Virus record (IMG/VR): IMGVR_UViG_3300044681_000784
Location: 1-61,700 of that record
Origin: a virus
Taxonomy: Duplodnaviria; Caudoviricetes
Length of the DNA stretch: 61,700 nucleotides
Strand: one strand, 5' to 3'
Below, one piece after another: positions 10,169 through 20,711 of the stretch; positions within the stretch are counted from its first letter, which is position 1, and every line of letters begins with the position of its first letter. The notes under the pieces are model-generated. The model saw nothing but the letters and a program-made list of their open reading frames with translations, was not told where the DNA came from and did not search any database. A program made the translations under genes and the position numbers.

Positions 10169-13100
10169 TTATTCTTCAAGAGGAATTGATACGCATCCGC
10201 AGTCAACAAAGCTAATATCAACTAATCCCTCAATAATTTGAGGTTCATTGGATGCACAGATTAAAATAGTATCGTCAGGATCTACAGAAGCAAGAGTTGG
10301 AAGCTGACCTTCAGAACAGTCATTGTAAACAACCAACGCTCCGCCGGGGCCGGCTGTCAGAGACCAAGTTGAACACACGTCATCGCACTGATCACAATCG
10401 CAGCAAGCGTCCTCGGCACTTACACTTGAGTAGCAAAGCTCCTGAGATATCTGATGCCGGTAATCCCAAATCAAGTATAGATAATCGTTTGGCGAACCAC
10501 CCGGCATAATAAACTCAGCGTACCAAGCAGAACCAACATTTAAAAGTGGTGTTGCGTTTGTGGCCGCCAACAAAAGGTTCTGTATGTCAACAGGATTGTT
10601 CGCGTAAAAAACATTTGTACGGAAGTACATAAGCCGGTTATTCGAGCTGTCGAAGTTGTAGTTGTCAAACAAAATCTTGTTCGAAATAATACGGACAGTA
10701 GATCCATCAACAGGGAAATACCCCGAGCCTTGGAACCCTGCAGTGAGATCGTAGTTTGAAATCAATGGATACGAAGTCCCGGAAGCAAGCGTAACAAGAT
10801 CGGATGATGTCGGAGAAATGTAGCTTCCACTTTGGTATCGAAACTCGTTGTGAATGAACTTTCCGCTATCAGCATCATCGGAGACACAAACCTCAACCAA
10901 GTTCAATGGTATAGACTCAGGGCAGCGGACGGTGATCTCCAATATCATTGTGCCCGTACCCCCGTACTGAAGGGAGATGGTTCCCGTTGTGTTGTTTGTA
11001 GCCTTTGAAAACGTCAAAGTCCCACTTGTACTAACGGCCCCGGTAGACACAGTGCTGCCATCAAACGTCGCACCAATGTTAACGGTTGGAGATCCATCAA
11101 GAATTGATATGTTGTAGTCAACATCAACCGATCCAATAGGAAGCCCCAAGTTTACACAGTATGTGTATGGCAGCGCACTTTCACCCCTGAATGGGAGCGT
11201 AAAGGTTTGCTTTGTTCCACAGTCTATACAGTCCTTTTCAATTGGAACCGGAGTCTCGTTTGAACTCAAGACATACTCGTCCATGTACGGATCGTACCCA
11301 CCAAGTTTCTGAGTATTCATTGAGTCTATGAACAGGTCTCTAAACCATGGGCGCATACCGGCCAATGAAATAAGAGCCATCTGCTCACTATTGTACGATC
11401 CTCCGACAAGCTGAATCACAGCCCCCCTTTTGGCGTCAGTAAAGAACTTGCTCGCTCCCCACTTGGCGTAACTCTCGGGATGGAAACTAATTCCATTCTT
11501 CTCTATACGGGCAATCTGAGTCCCTAAAACCTCGGGCACAGATGTGATGGCTCCGCCGGCAGCCGCATCAGACAACAGATTCTTCCCGGCAAGAACATAG
11601 CTTATCTTATCCTCTTGAAGAACTAATACGTCAGTCTCGCGTCCATCCAATATCATGATCGGACCGAATGTATCCTCCAACGCCTTGTAGTTTAAAAGGC
11701 CAAGGTTAAACTCATTGAGCTTGTTTACGTTTGACTCGTCATTGTAAATGCCGCTGTATGTAATGTCAGCGAACCGGTGCGTCTCTTTGTAGTCTTGAGC
11801 CGAAACAGCAGTAACCCTGTTCCCCAAAAGAAACGTCTGACCTTTTAGCGAATCTCTAACCCTATAGCTTTCAGCTCCATTGCCAAAAGTAAAGCAGTTG
11901 AAAAATGATGGATACACAATCCCGGGAATCCCTAACGCAATATCTTGGTTTTGTTCCCCTGCCATAATACCCGACAAGTGATCTCCTGTCGTTGTGTCAA
12001 TAGGATATGAAAACTCGTTCTCAAAGAATATATCGGGAGATGCATCAACAGGCTCTGTCTCAAATATAAGAGTGCCACCGGCCCGTAAGATAGAAATGGT
12101 GGCAGTAATGCTCGACTGAGAATCATTATCCCACCCACAAGAAGTAGTACCTGTTATTGTAAGCGCAAGCCGGTTTGTTCCGAGATCCCTAAAGAACCTG
12201 TAGTAGTTGTACGATAAAAAATCGGGAGAAACTATGTTCGCAACAGTATTTGGATTTGTTGGTGGTGATGTATAAATAGTTGCATCGTACCTATTATTAA
12301 TCGGAGGATTATTAATTGGATCACCAACGTCCTTAACCCCTAAGTCTAAATACCCATCTATGCTGTCTCCATCAAACCAATCCTTAAAATTGGCATAGTT
12401 TCCTGAAGATATATAGCTCTGCTCAAACGTGTATATCCTTCTCTCGCAAGCTCCTCCTCCGTCACCGGGGCCTTTCCTTTCAAACTTAAAGCTTATGTTA
12501 ATTCGGCTCCCTGCAGGAATTAATGGTTCTCCCGGAGGACTGTCTATATAATTCGCGGATGCAGGATCCTTAAGGTTTACAGTGTAGTCCAACAATGGAA
12601 CATCATTGGGCTGATCTTCAATCTTTGTCTTTGTTCCAAAACTTATGTTTTTAAACTGACTACCTGATACATCAAAGTTTGGAGTTGTTGTGCTTATCTT
12701 GGCGTAAACACCCGAAGGAATCGGTATGTCCTGAGATAGATCAAGCTCATTTGGGATCGCGACAAAGTCAGCAGGCTTCGCTTCCTTCTCTAAGATGGTA
12801 ACGTATGTACACCCTGTCTTGGGGCCTGAAGCATCGGCCTTCACAATAAGCCTGTCTCCCGACTCTACCTTGCGAGCGTTCTCTCCTTCCAACAAAGCCC
12901 AAAGCGTGTTTGTTGGAGCATCCACAAAATAAAGATTAGAGTATATTGTTTCATACCGATCCTTATCCGGCTTCAAAACAAACTTGTACCTTGATGCCCA
13001 AGCAGGTGCTCTTTGAGTTGTTGGTATAGTAACCTTAATTTGATTCTTGTTTACAGATTTTCCGCAATCAAAGAACACTGTGTTGTTCTCGCTAACAAGT

Positions 13101-14941
13101 GCGGTAGATGACCTACCAAAATCGTCCATGTACACAATGCCAACCTCGTACCCACGATTACTGTGCAATGAACGCTCTCCAAACGCAGGAGTAAAATATG
13201 CTTTTGCAGAATCAATCTTTAATATCTCCCATCTAAGAACACTTCCGGGCGCAGGAGAGATATATCCGGGCATTAATATTTTAAAGTCCAACTCGTCAGG
13301 GGTTGGGTTGCCCATAGGTATAGGCTCACCCAAAGCAGGTTGCTGAGGTATTGGCCCCGAAACGCCAACACCTGAGTTGTACAAAGAAAAGTTGTAAAAA
13401 GTAAACGGAAGAACAGGAAGAAGCTCAGCATTATAAAAGTCAGTAAAAGTCTTTCCTGTTGACGCCTGAAGTATTGGCTTGATATTGGATGAAGTCCCAA
13501 TAGCATTCTTGAACTCATTGCTTAAGAATAAGGCAGTTACGTTAGAATATTCCTTTGGAAGAACAAAGTCAAACACAACAGAGAATGTATTTACACCCAA
13601 AGGGAATGGGATTGTTGATGGAGACCAAAGGTTATGAGAGAGCTTCAATTCAAAACGCAAAACAGATCCTGACTTCAGCTTTGTACTCACACCGCTTAAG
13701 TCAACAGTAAACTTTGTGTTGGGGTATGAAGATGAAGTGCCGGTATAAGGAAGGTCATACAAGCCAAAGCCAAGTGTTACAGGTAGCTCAACTTGACCAA
13801 TAACAGTTGACACAGGATCAGTGTAGTAATCAAACCTAACCTCGTTCCCATTTAAGTCAATAAGGTCATACCCCTCAACGTAGTTGCCGTACATCAGCCT
13901 GTTTCCCATCAACGTCTGCGCCTTTGCCAACTTAGGCACGTTGTCATAAAGCCTAAAGATTTCAGACTCCGGAAGCACAGTGAATATCTTGCTGTTCGTA
14001 AATGAATAAAACTGAAGCGTGTTATCAGGAAGGCCAAGCTTAGCTTTATCAAGCTTCTCAATAACCCTTATGACATTGCTCTCCATGTCCTTGTACAAAA
14101 GGTCAATACCCTTCACCAACGGACCACCTGTGTTGTATGTCACAACAACAGAGTTGTAGAGATTCTCCATGCCAACATTCAAGTAGCTGTCAGGAGATAT
14201 TCCAAATTCTTTAGGAGCAAATGCCGGGGCCGAGAACTGAGATATCGCGGAGTACTCTCCATCCTCATACCGATACCGGTAAGCAAAACAAAGGAACCGG
14301 TCCTTCATATAGTTCTCCTCTCCTCCCGTATCCTGCAAAATCAATCCGGGGGACTGCCGGGGAGGACGCTTAATAACAAGTATCGACTCCTCATCAAACT
14401 GATCCACATTAAGAGAAGGCTGAGCATACGTCCTGCCTGTGTTAATAAACCGAGGTGGGTTATAATTGTCCGTAAAGAACAGCATAAAGTTCCCCTGTGG
14501 ATTTACCTCCACCAAGTTCACCCCCGTAATAACATACAGAGGATTAAAGTTTAGCTTGGTGTTCAATCCTCCACCATCGTCAATACTTATAACGTGGTAT
14601 GTCAAAACACTTGTGTTGGTATTGTAGGATACAATAAGGTCCAACTTTCCGGTGGCACCAACAGTGAACGCAGGATCGTGAACAAACCAATACAAAGTTT
14701 CATTGGCCCCATCCTCATAGGCACCAATACACCGGGCCTGAGAAGAAAGCTGAACTCCATTGTAAGACAAAGTGGTTAACGCAATGTTACCTTTGGAGTT
14801 CTCAACGGCCCCAATCTCGGTAGCCTCACTTGAACCCAATCTGCAGTTGAGCGCATCGATGTACTCTCCATCAGGGATAAGCCGCTCATCAAGCGACTTA
14901 TTCATTTTCCCTGCAATAAAATTCCTTGTTATGTTCGCCAT
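10169..14941 (-). CDS. Tail stabilization/nozzle (muzzle) protein (1590 aa)
   Basis: N-terminus NFIAGKMNKSLDERLIPDGEYIDALN, plus FAYRYRY.DGEYS, GNRLMYGNYVEGY, YSGIYN...NKLNEFN and GGYDPY motifs typical of crAss-like/Bacteroidetes podophage nozzle proteins. Confidence 0.75.
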   Translation of the reverse strand: MANITRNFIAGKMNKSLDERLIPDGEYIDALNCRLGSSEATEIGAVENSKGNIALTTLSYNGVQLSSQARCIGAYEDGANETLYWFVHDPAFTVGATGKLDLIVSYNTNTSVLTYHVISIDDGGGLNTKLNFNPLYVITGVNLVEVNPQGNFMLFFTDNYNPPRFINTGRTYAQPSLNVDQFDEESILVIKRPPRQSPGLILQDTGGEENYMKDRFLCFAYRYRYEDGEYSAISQFSAPAFAPKEFGISPDSYLNVGMENLYNSVVVTYNTGGPLVKGIDLLYKDMESNVIRVIEKLDKAKLGLPDNTLQFYSFTNSKIFTVLPESEIFRLYDNVPKLAKAQTLMGNRLMYGNYVEGYDLIDLNGNEVRFDYYTDPVSTVIGQVELPVTLGFGLYDLPYTGTSSSYPNTKFTVDLSGVSTKLKSGSVLRFELKLSHNLWSPSTIPFPLGVNTFSVVFDFVLPKEYSNVTALFLSNEFKNAIGTSSNIKPILQASTGKTFTDFYNAELLPVLPFTFYNFSLYNSGVGVSGPIPQQPALGEPIPMGNPTPDELDFKILMPGYISPAPGSVLRWEILKIDSAKAYFTPAFGERSLHSNRGYEVGIVYMDDFGRSSTALVSENNTVFFDCGKSVNKNQIKVTIPTTQRAPAWASRYKFVLKPDKDRYETIYSNLYFVDAPTNTLWALLEGENARKVESGDRLIVKADASGPKTGCTYVTILEKEAKPADFVAIPNELDLSQDIPIPSGVYAKISTTTPNFDVSGSQFKNISFGTKTKIEDQPNDVPLLDYTVNLKDPASANYIDSPPGEPLIPAGSRINISFKFERKGPGDGGGACERRIYTFEQSYISSGNYANFKDWFDGDSIDGYLDLGVKDVGDPINNPPINNRYDATIYTSPPTNPNTVANIVSPDFLSYNYYRFFRDLGTNRLALTITGTTSCGWDNDSQSSITATISILRAGGTLIFETEPVDASPDIFFENEFSYPIDTTTGDHLSGIMAGEQNQDIALGIPGIVYPSFFNCFTFGNGAESYRVRDSLKGQTFLLGNRVTAVSAQDYKETHRFADITYSGIYNDESNVNKLNEFNLGLLNYKALEDTFGPIMILDGRETDVLVLQEDKISYVLAGKNLLSDAAAGGAITSVPEVLGTQIARIEKNGISFHPESYAKWGASKFFTDAKRGAVIQLVGGSYNSEQMALISLAGMRPWFRDLFIDSMNTQKLGGYDPYMDEYVLSSNETPVPIEKDCIDCGTKQTFTLPFRGESALPYTYCVNLGLPIGSVDVDYNISILDGSPTVNIGATFDGSTVSTGAVSTSGTLTFSKATNNTTGTISLQYGGTGTMILEITVRCPESIPLNLVEVCVSDDADSGKFIHNEFRYQSGSYISPTSSDLVTLASGTSYPLISNYDLTAGFQGSGYFPVDGSTVRIISNKILFDNYNFDSSNNRLMYFRTNVFYANNPVDIQNLLLAATNATPLLNVGSAWYAEFIMPGGSPNDYLYLIWDYRHQISQELCYSSVSAEDACCDCDQCDDVCSTWSLTAGPGGALVVYNDCSEGQLPTLASVDPDDTILICASNEPQIIEGLVDISFVDCGCVSIPLEE

Positions 14942-14942
14942 A

Positions 14943-15866
14943 TTACTTTATCCACTTGTTCTGACCACGCATATTCATAAGCAATCTTCCGGGATGGATG
15001 TTGCTAATTCTAATCTTTGCATTACGCAGCAATGCGGATTTTTCTTTGCGAGCACGAGCTATGATGTACTCCTGAACTCCGGCCTTGTTGCTCAAGATCT
15101 CAAATGATATGTAAGCGTAAACGTACTTCTCAAACAGCTTGTTCACAGAAATCAAAGAGTCATCATTACCCTCCATACCATCAGAGATGTACTCAAGGAT
15201 GCAAAGCTCGCCCGACATCTCAGAGCTGAAGTTAATAACTCCTGCCTTTTTGTCAATAGTGAATGTTGGATTCCGGTTGGCGGTCTCTGTGTTGAGGCCA
15301 AACCGGGCACCAATGCCATACTGAAAGTACCAACATCCATCTATACACCAACCCTCTTGCCCATGGAACGGATTGCCGGGATTCAAGTAAATGCTCTTTA
15401 GTGCACCATCAAGCCTATCCTTGTCAATAGTTGAATTCTGAGGCTCCAATATATTTCCGTTCTGATCAAACAAGATCTCACAGTTACTTCCTTGCAAGTA
15501 CGCCTTGGCTGAGTTAATCTGAATGTTCTCAGTCAAAGGCAACAGATACCCGTCCTTGTACATGGATATCCTTACCCAATTCACATAATCGTGTGGGAGA
15601 ACAAACCGAAGCGAATCACAAACATTCAACTCAAGAGCTTTAATCTCTTTAAACGCATCATAGTTCAACTCCTGTATTGCTCTTTTTGCATGGAACAAAA
15701 CCTTGTACCTCTCCTCGTTGTTGATCACCGAGTTGTTTCCGGAGTACATAAGCATGAAGTTATTTACAATATCTTTCAAGCTAACGTACTGATACGATCC
15801 CCAATTCTTATCTTGCGGAGCGTTACCGTTGTTCGTGTAATATTCGTATGCGGATAAAAAAGCCAT
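14943..15866 (-). CDS. Tail ring/adaptor protein (307 aa)
   Basis: FHAKRAIQELNYD...LPHDYVNWVRIS...LEYISDG motifs; sits between the other ring gene and the nozzle gene. Confidence 0.65.
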   Translation of the reverse strand: MAFLSAYEYYTNNGNAPQDKNWGSYQYVSLKDIVNNFMLMYSGNNSVINNEERYKVLFHAKRAIQELNYDAFKEIKALELNVCDSLRFVLPHDYVNWVRISMYKDGYLLPLTENIQINSAKAYLQGSNCEILFDQNGNILEPQNSTIDKDRLDGALKSIYLNPGNPFHGQEGWCIDGCWYFQYGIGARFGLNTETANRNPTFTIDKKAGVINFSSEMSGELCILEYISDGMEGNDDSLISVNKLFEKYVYAYISFEILSNKAGVQEYIIARARKEKSALLRNAKIRISNIHPGRLLMNMRGQNKWIK

Positions 15867-15875
15867 GTCCTAATT

Positions 15876-16832
15876 TTATAGTTCTTGTTCTTCTGCTTTT
15901 GCCCCGGCAACAACTCCTGCTTCGCGAATCGACAGCCCGGCCAACTGAAGGATCTTGTATACCAACTTGGGCTCATCCTCTAACGGAACCTCAAAGTCTT
16001 GGTAGTCAAGCTGAGATTGGTCAAAGGATGGCTCACCATTGGTGAGAGAAACGTAGGTCCACTTGGGATCTTTCGGGTACCGAATGTATTGACACTGAAT
16101 CTGCCCCTTAGTGTTTATCACCCTTGGGAACACAGACATTAAGTCAGACTCTTGCGTGTACGCAGGAAAATGAATCGTGGGAGATGTGAGCAAAGAGTTG
16201 TTCAGCATTGTTATCTTGCTATGACTAACCTTCTCTGCCTCATTAACCACTGACTCATCAAACACAGAGTACCCCTCGGGGAAAGCAGTAAATATATCGG
16301 CACTCAAAGTAATTGTAGTGGCTGTAACAACAGTGGCTATTGCAGTGGCACCGGTGGTGGTGTTCGTAACAACATCTCCGGGAGCAACACCAAGAGCTAC
16401 AAAGTTTGCGCCGGCATCGACCAAGCTGTTTAAAAGAACACTCGTATTATTTCCTGACGCCAATAGCACAGGGTAACATAGCACCTTATTGAGAAGGTAG
16501 TAATCGTCTCCCGTAGTCGTAAGACTTGGGAGGAAAAATAAATTGCCTGAGCTGTGAGCCAAAAACTTAGTGGTAGAAAATATCTCAATGGCCTCTTCAA
16601 TTCCTTTCTTCTTATCTGCATATCCGGAGTTTGACGCAAGAACTATGGCACTTGGAGCGTTTGATGGCCGCACGTTCTCACGATTTATAGTGTCGTTATA
16701 GTCAGCAAAATACTCTTCGAATACTTCCATCTGAGCTTGCTTTGCCATAAGGTTAAAGTCAGATGGAGATATGTACCCGTAGTTGTTCTTATTCAATACA
16801 GTAAGTACAGTGTTTCTTACCGAGTTTATCAT
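15876..16832 (-). CDS. Head-tail connector/ring protein (318 aa)
   Basis: VLNKNNYGYISPSDFNLMAKQAQ and YIRYPKDPKW motifs; TATCTTTG promoter at 16848-16855. Confidence 0.65.
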   Translation of the reverse strand: MINSVRNTVLTVLNKNNYGYISPSDFNLMAKQAQMEVFEEYFADYNDTINRENVRPSNAPSAIVLASNSGYADKKKGIEEAIEIFSTTKFLAHSSGNLFFLPSLTTTGDDYYLLNKVLCYPVLLASGNNTSVLLNSLVDAGANFVALGVAPGDVVTNTTTGATAIATVVTATTITLSADIFTAFPEGYSVFDESVVNEAEKVSHSKITMLNNSLLTSPTIHFPAYTQESDLMSVFPRVINTKGQIQCQYIRYPKDPKWTYVSLTNGEPSFDQSQLDYQDFEVPLEDEPKLVYKILQLAGLSIREAGVVAGAKAEEQEL

Positions 16833-16860
16833 CAGAATACTTTTCTACAAAGATAAATAA

Positions 16861-16890
16861 AAAAAGCACCCCCTTGCGAGGGTGCTCTTT
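16861..16890. terminator. Intrinsic terminator (bidirectional-looking)
   Basis: AAAAAGCACCC-CCTTGCGA-GGGTGCTCTTT hairpin with A/T tracts, downstream of 16911..17225. Confidence 0.7.
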
Positions 16891-16910
16891 CAATCAAAAT
16901 AAATAATTGA

Positions 16911-17225
16911 TTAGGCAATTGCAATGCCTGACACTGCGACAGGAGGAAGCACATCATAAACAACATTGTACCAAGGCTCTTGAAGAGCAGCAACAATTGC
17001 GTTTTGAATGGCATCGCGAACCGCTTCGCTTCCTGCTCCAATAGCAGCATGAGTTATGACGATATTTCTACCATACAATGGAGCTGTTCCGGCAGAAGAC
17101 ATCAAACTTGTTTCATACGAAATAGAAACTGTAGTGGTAGATGTTTGCTCCACCAAAATAATTCCATTAATTCCAACAAGCTGAGTTTGCTCGTTTGTGA
17201 CAGGGATTCTTAAATACTTTTGCAT
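16911..17225 (-). CDS. Small virion-associated protein (104 aa), function unknown
   Basis: Clean ORF with its own TATCTTTG promoter (17261-17268) and terminator. Confidence 0.7.
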   Translation of the reverse strand: MQKYLRIPVTNEQTQLVGINGIILVEQTSTTTVSISYETSLMSSAGTAPLYGRNIVITHAAIGAGSEAVRDAIQNAIVAALQEPWYNVVYDVLPPVAVSGIAIA

Positions 17226-17275
17226 ACAAAAAAAAAATTATGGGGTTAAACAATTAGACACAAAGATATGAATTA

Positions 17276-18019
17276 TTACAAGAAGTTTTCCAACATCTTT
17301 AGGTCATCAATGCCATCCTCTGACTGAAGATAGTTCATAACCATTTCGTATGGATCCTCTCCGTAAGGAATGTTCATCATCTTCTTCTTATTAGAAGGAG
17401 TGCTGTACCAAACCTCTTTGTTGTTGTTTCTGAAAGAAAGCAATCCCTTCTCAAAGAACATACGGACAGAAGAGCTTGCTTGCAATGAAGGATCATTGAT
17501 CATGTTCATGAAGCCCACAGGATCTTTCTTGGCGTACACAAGTACATCCCGGCGAAGCTCAGCGGTGGTCATTCGAGACACATCCTTTCCTAACAGAACT
17601 CTACCGACAATCTCCAACTGCTCAACAGACATTTGACGAGCCTCAATTAAAGCGTCAGCCTCATTTGCCAAAGCCTCCATTTCTTTCTGAGCGTCCTGCT
17701 CATGGTTTACTTCCTCAAAAGAAACACCATTAAGTGGATGGTAATGCAGGAACTCCTGAAGAACAGGGTTTGTGCGAGGTACGGACAAGAACCCATTCTC
17801 AAACACAACAGGCTCAATGATGGCGTTCCCATCTTGCTCATCCTCAAAAGGGGTTTTCTGATTTCGCGCATATCGTAAAGCGCGGTTTACATTTTGCTCT
17901 TCATCGAAGTACAGCAATGGCAAACTCTTAGAGTTGCGGACAGGAATGCTGAACGTAAGAGGAGCAGCGTTTCTTTTTAACCGGTAGATACGGTCTTTTG
18001 ATTCTAACTTAACTTTCAT
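17276..18019 (-). CDS. Conserved protein downstream of the capsid gene (247 aa)
   Basis: RALRYARNQKTPFEDEQ...FL..HP motif, a type I recognise following the MCP in Bacteroidetes podophages. Confidence 0.65.
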   Translation of the reverse strand: MKVKLESKDRIYRLKRNAAPLTFSIPVRNSKSLPLLYFDEEQNVNRALRYARNQKTPFEDEQDGNAIIEPVVFENGFLSVPRTNPVLQEFLHYHPLNGVSFEEVNHEQDAQKEMEALANEADALIEARQMSVEQLEIVGRVLLGKDVSRMTTAELRRDVLVYAKKDPVGFMNMINDPSLQASSSVRMFFEKGLLSFRNNNKEVWYSTPSNKKKMMNIPYGEDPYEMVMNYLQSEDGIDDLKMLENFL

Positions 18020-18051
18020 TTGATTTGAATTAAAGGGTTTACGAAGAAATT

Positions 18052-18086
18052 AAAAAGATGGGCGCACCCGAAGGTGCACCCAATCT
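18052..18086 (-). terminator. Intrinsic terminator after the major capsid gene
   Basis: Minus strand AGATTGGGTGCAC-CTTCGG-GTGCGCCCATCTTTTT: C(UUCG)G hairpin plus U tract. Confidence 0.8.
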
Positions 18087-18103
18087 TAGTGTGAATTGCC
18101 TCC

Positions 18104-19531
18104 TTATTGTTGGAACAATACGAAGTTGTTTGCGCCCAAGGTGCATACGCAACGCTCAGACAAGAAGTGAACTTCCATGGCGTCAAGGTCGCTGTTGGTA
18201 GCTCCTCCGGCAGAACCGGTGATCCAAGTTTTGTAACGACGATCTTCAGTTTCTGAAGCGCGGTACCGAACGTGTAGGAAAGGACGCTTAGCGTTTTTAC
18301 CAAGGATTTGATCATACACAGTGGTTGATCCTGCAGGAACCAACAAGCCATTGATGCGGCCTGAACCGGCAGTTGAAGGAAGACCTCCACGCATTGTTGG
18401 ATCGTTCAAATACTTCCAATCAGACTTGTAGAAATCATAGCCACGACGGAAACCGGTGAAGCCAAGATTCAAAGCCATTTGTTGGTCATTATCAAACAAA
18501 CCATAAGAGGTGCCACCTACACCGTAAGAGTTCTGAGCAGCTAACATATCGTCAATATCAAAACCAAACTCGCGGTTCAAGAAGAGTACGTTCTCTTCAA
18601 TAGCACCTTGACGGTCAAGACGAGAGATGATAGAATCAAAGTCAGACAAGGTAGAAGGGTTACCACCGGCCCATACGTTTCCGCGGTTTTCTACAACGTA
18701 GAAGATACCCTCAGAACCTTTGTTACCGAAGTTGGGGTTCAAACCGGTGTTTACAACACCTGAACCAACTTGAGCAGGAACAGCTTCGATCATGGCAGTT
18801 TCCAAGTAGTCTTCGAAACGCAAACGAGTTTCGTGCTCACTCTTCAAGTACCATAGGTATCCGGTTGCTCCGTTCTCAGTAGTAACTTCAACCCAACCAA
18901 TTTGGGCCATGTCAGAACCGCTAACAGCGTACTTGTCTTTCAGGATGATTGGGCTGTTTTCGAAGATCTCATCTTCGGCTTCCAAAGATCCAACCATTCC
19001 AACAGTTCCTTTTTTGAATTCAGAACCGTAAACGAATACAGTTACGTCAGCGTTACCGACACCTGTACCTGAAGTAACAAGACCTGCACCTTCATAGAAA
19101 GCAACATCAAATGTGTCAGGAAGGGTAACAGAGGTAACAATACCTTTATTGAATCCTGAGCCATTGTTTTGAACAACCATAACGGTTTGTCCGGGACGAA
19201 CTGCAACGCCTGTTACGTTAGCGTCATTCACTTGGAAAGTTGCGCTGTCAGATCCGGCTGCTGCTGCAGTACCAACACTTACATACTTGGTGTGCAAGCG
19301 GCCTTGTTCAGCCCATTTGATAAGGTCGGAATTAGAGGGCATCTCTGCTCCAACCATGCGTAAGAAAGATGCAATGGTACGATTACCATAGCGTTCAAAC
19401 TCCTTCTCGTAGGTATCAGGAAGATACTGATTCAAGAAGTTAAAGTTTGTGATGTAGTTTGTACTCAACGCTACCTGCTCTGCAGATGGCTGCAATGCAA
19501 ACGTAGGTGAGGGGTTTAAAATACCTGCCAT
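18104..19531 (-). CDS. Major capsid protein (475 aa)
   Basis: Follows the scaffold gene; highly biased codons; downstream terminator; YGNRTI..FL..VGAE, WAEQGRLH and C-terminal HFLSERC...GANNF motifs. Confidence 0.85.
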   Translation of the reverse strand: MAGILNPSPTFALQPSAEQVALSTNYITNFNFLNQYLPDTYEKEFERYGNRTIASFLRMVGAEMPSNSDLIKWAEQGRLHTKYVSVGTAAAAGSDSATFQVNDANVTGVAVRPGQTVMVVQNNGSGFNKGIVTSVTLPDTFDVAFYEGAGLVTSGTGVGNADVTVFVYGSEFKKGTVGMVGSLEAEDEIFENSPIILKDKYAVSGSDMAQIGWVEVTTENGATGYLWYLKSEHETRLRFEDYLETAMIEAVPAQVGSGVVNTGLNPNFGNKGSEGIFYVVENRGNVWAGGNPSTLSDFDSIISRLDRQGAIEENVLFLNREFGFDIDDMLAAQNSYGVGGTSYGLFDNDQQMALNLGFTGFRRGYDFYKSDWKYLNDPTMRGGLPSTAGSGRINGLLVPAGSTTVYDQILGKNAKRPFLHVRYRASETEDRRYKTWITGSAGGATNSDLDAMEVHFLSERCVCTLGANNFVLFQQ

Positions 19532-19551
19532 TGTTTTAGGTTTTTAAGGTT

Positions 19552-20658
19552 TTATTTTTTGTTAACACTTCGGATGCGAAGGCCACGACCTGTATCTTCG
19601 TTGACCACTCGCACTTGCATTCCCCCCTTTGTTACTGCTTCAGGTGCACGACGCTCGCCCATGTTTATGTTTTTAAGCTTGCGATCAACACCATCCACCG
19701 CATCGGCTTTGCCTTGCTCATAAAAGAACTTAGCGTATCGCTCGGGGTTCATTGCCATAGACAAAGCCCTGTGGTATCCTGCTGCGTCTTTAATCATCCC
19801 ATTCTCATCCAAATACTTTCCAATAAAGTTCATTGGGCTGTCATGAGATTTCTTAATAGACTCGCTATCTCCGGGAGAGAAAACTAACTTCTTTCCATCC
19901 AAGTCAAATTCAAAACCTTTGAACTCACTTGAAAAGATTTCATCAGTCTTCTTAGTAAAGAAGTCTCGCCTTCTTTCTGATGCCTCCTTTTCGGTCTTCG
20001 CCTTTTCAACAGACTCCTTGTAGGCGTTGTACATCTCTAACTCATCATCCGGAATACCAACCTTGCTTGACTCAAGCGGCTGCTTGTATTGCTCCTTCTG
20101 ATTGTTGAAATATTCTTTCGCCTTGTTCAGAGCCTTTTTCTTTGCCAATCGAATCTTCTTTACGTCTGATTCGTCATCGAGCTCTTCATCGTAGCTGTAC
20201 TCTGAAAGCATAGCTTCGATATCTTCAGCATCGAGTCCCTTCTCAGTTTCTACGAAGTATTCTCTGAGCAAAGTATTTTCGTCCATGGAATCAAAGTCCT
20301 GTTGTAACTTCAGGAAATCTTGGATCCCACGACCTGTTTCTTTTTTGTACTTCAAGAAAGATGCTACATCCTCCGGAAGATCTTCGTTCTGCTCACGCTG
20401 ATTGAATAACTCATCCAAAGAATTAATCTCCTTTTTGTACCGACTGCCAATATATGAAAGAACTTCTTTTTCTTTTTGCAAGAGCTCGTCTTCTTCGGAA
20501 GCACCACTACCATCAGCAGCAGCGGCAGCAGAATCATCAGCAGCGGCGGCGGCGGAGTCTGCATTCATTGATTCTTCGTGCTTTTTTAAAAGCTCTTGCT
20601 CAATCTCCTGCGTAGACTTCTCTTCCTTAAACCCGATTTCTTTTACTTTTAATTCCAT
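19552..20658 (-). CDS. Scaffold protein
   Basis: Very acidic coiled-coil protein between portal and MCP, with FYEQGKADA motif; start chosen downstream of the TAACTTTG promoter at 20674-20681. Confidence 0.7.
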   Translation of the reverse strand: MELKVKEIGFKEEKSTQEIEQELLKKHEESMNADSAAAAADDSAAAAADGSGASEEDELLQKEKEVLSYIGSRYKKEINSLDELFNQREQNEDLPEDVASFLKYKKETGRGIQDFLKLQQDFDSMDENTLLREYFVETEKGLDAEDIEAMLSEYSYDEELDDESDVKKIRLAKKKALNKAKEYFNNQKEQYKQPLESSKVGIPDDELEMYNAYKESVEKAKTEKEASERRRDFFTKKTDEIFSSEFKGFEFDLDGKKLVFSPGDSESIKKSHDSPMNFIGKYLDENGMIKDAAGYHRALSMAMNPERYAKFFYEQGKADAVDGVDRKLKNINMGERRAPEAVTKGGMQVRVVNEDTGRGLRIRSVNKK

Positions 20659-20711
20659 GTGATTATATTTTTGCAAAGTTAATAAACATTTTTTGGACTT
20701 TTTTCAGTTTG

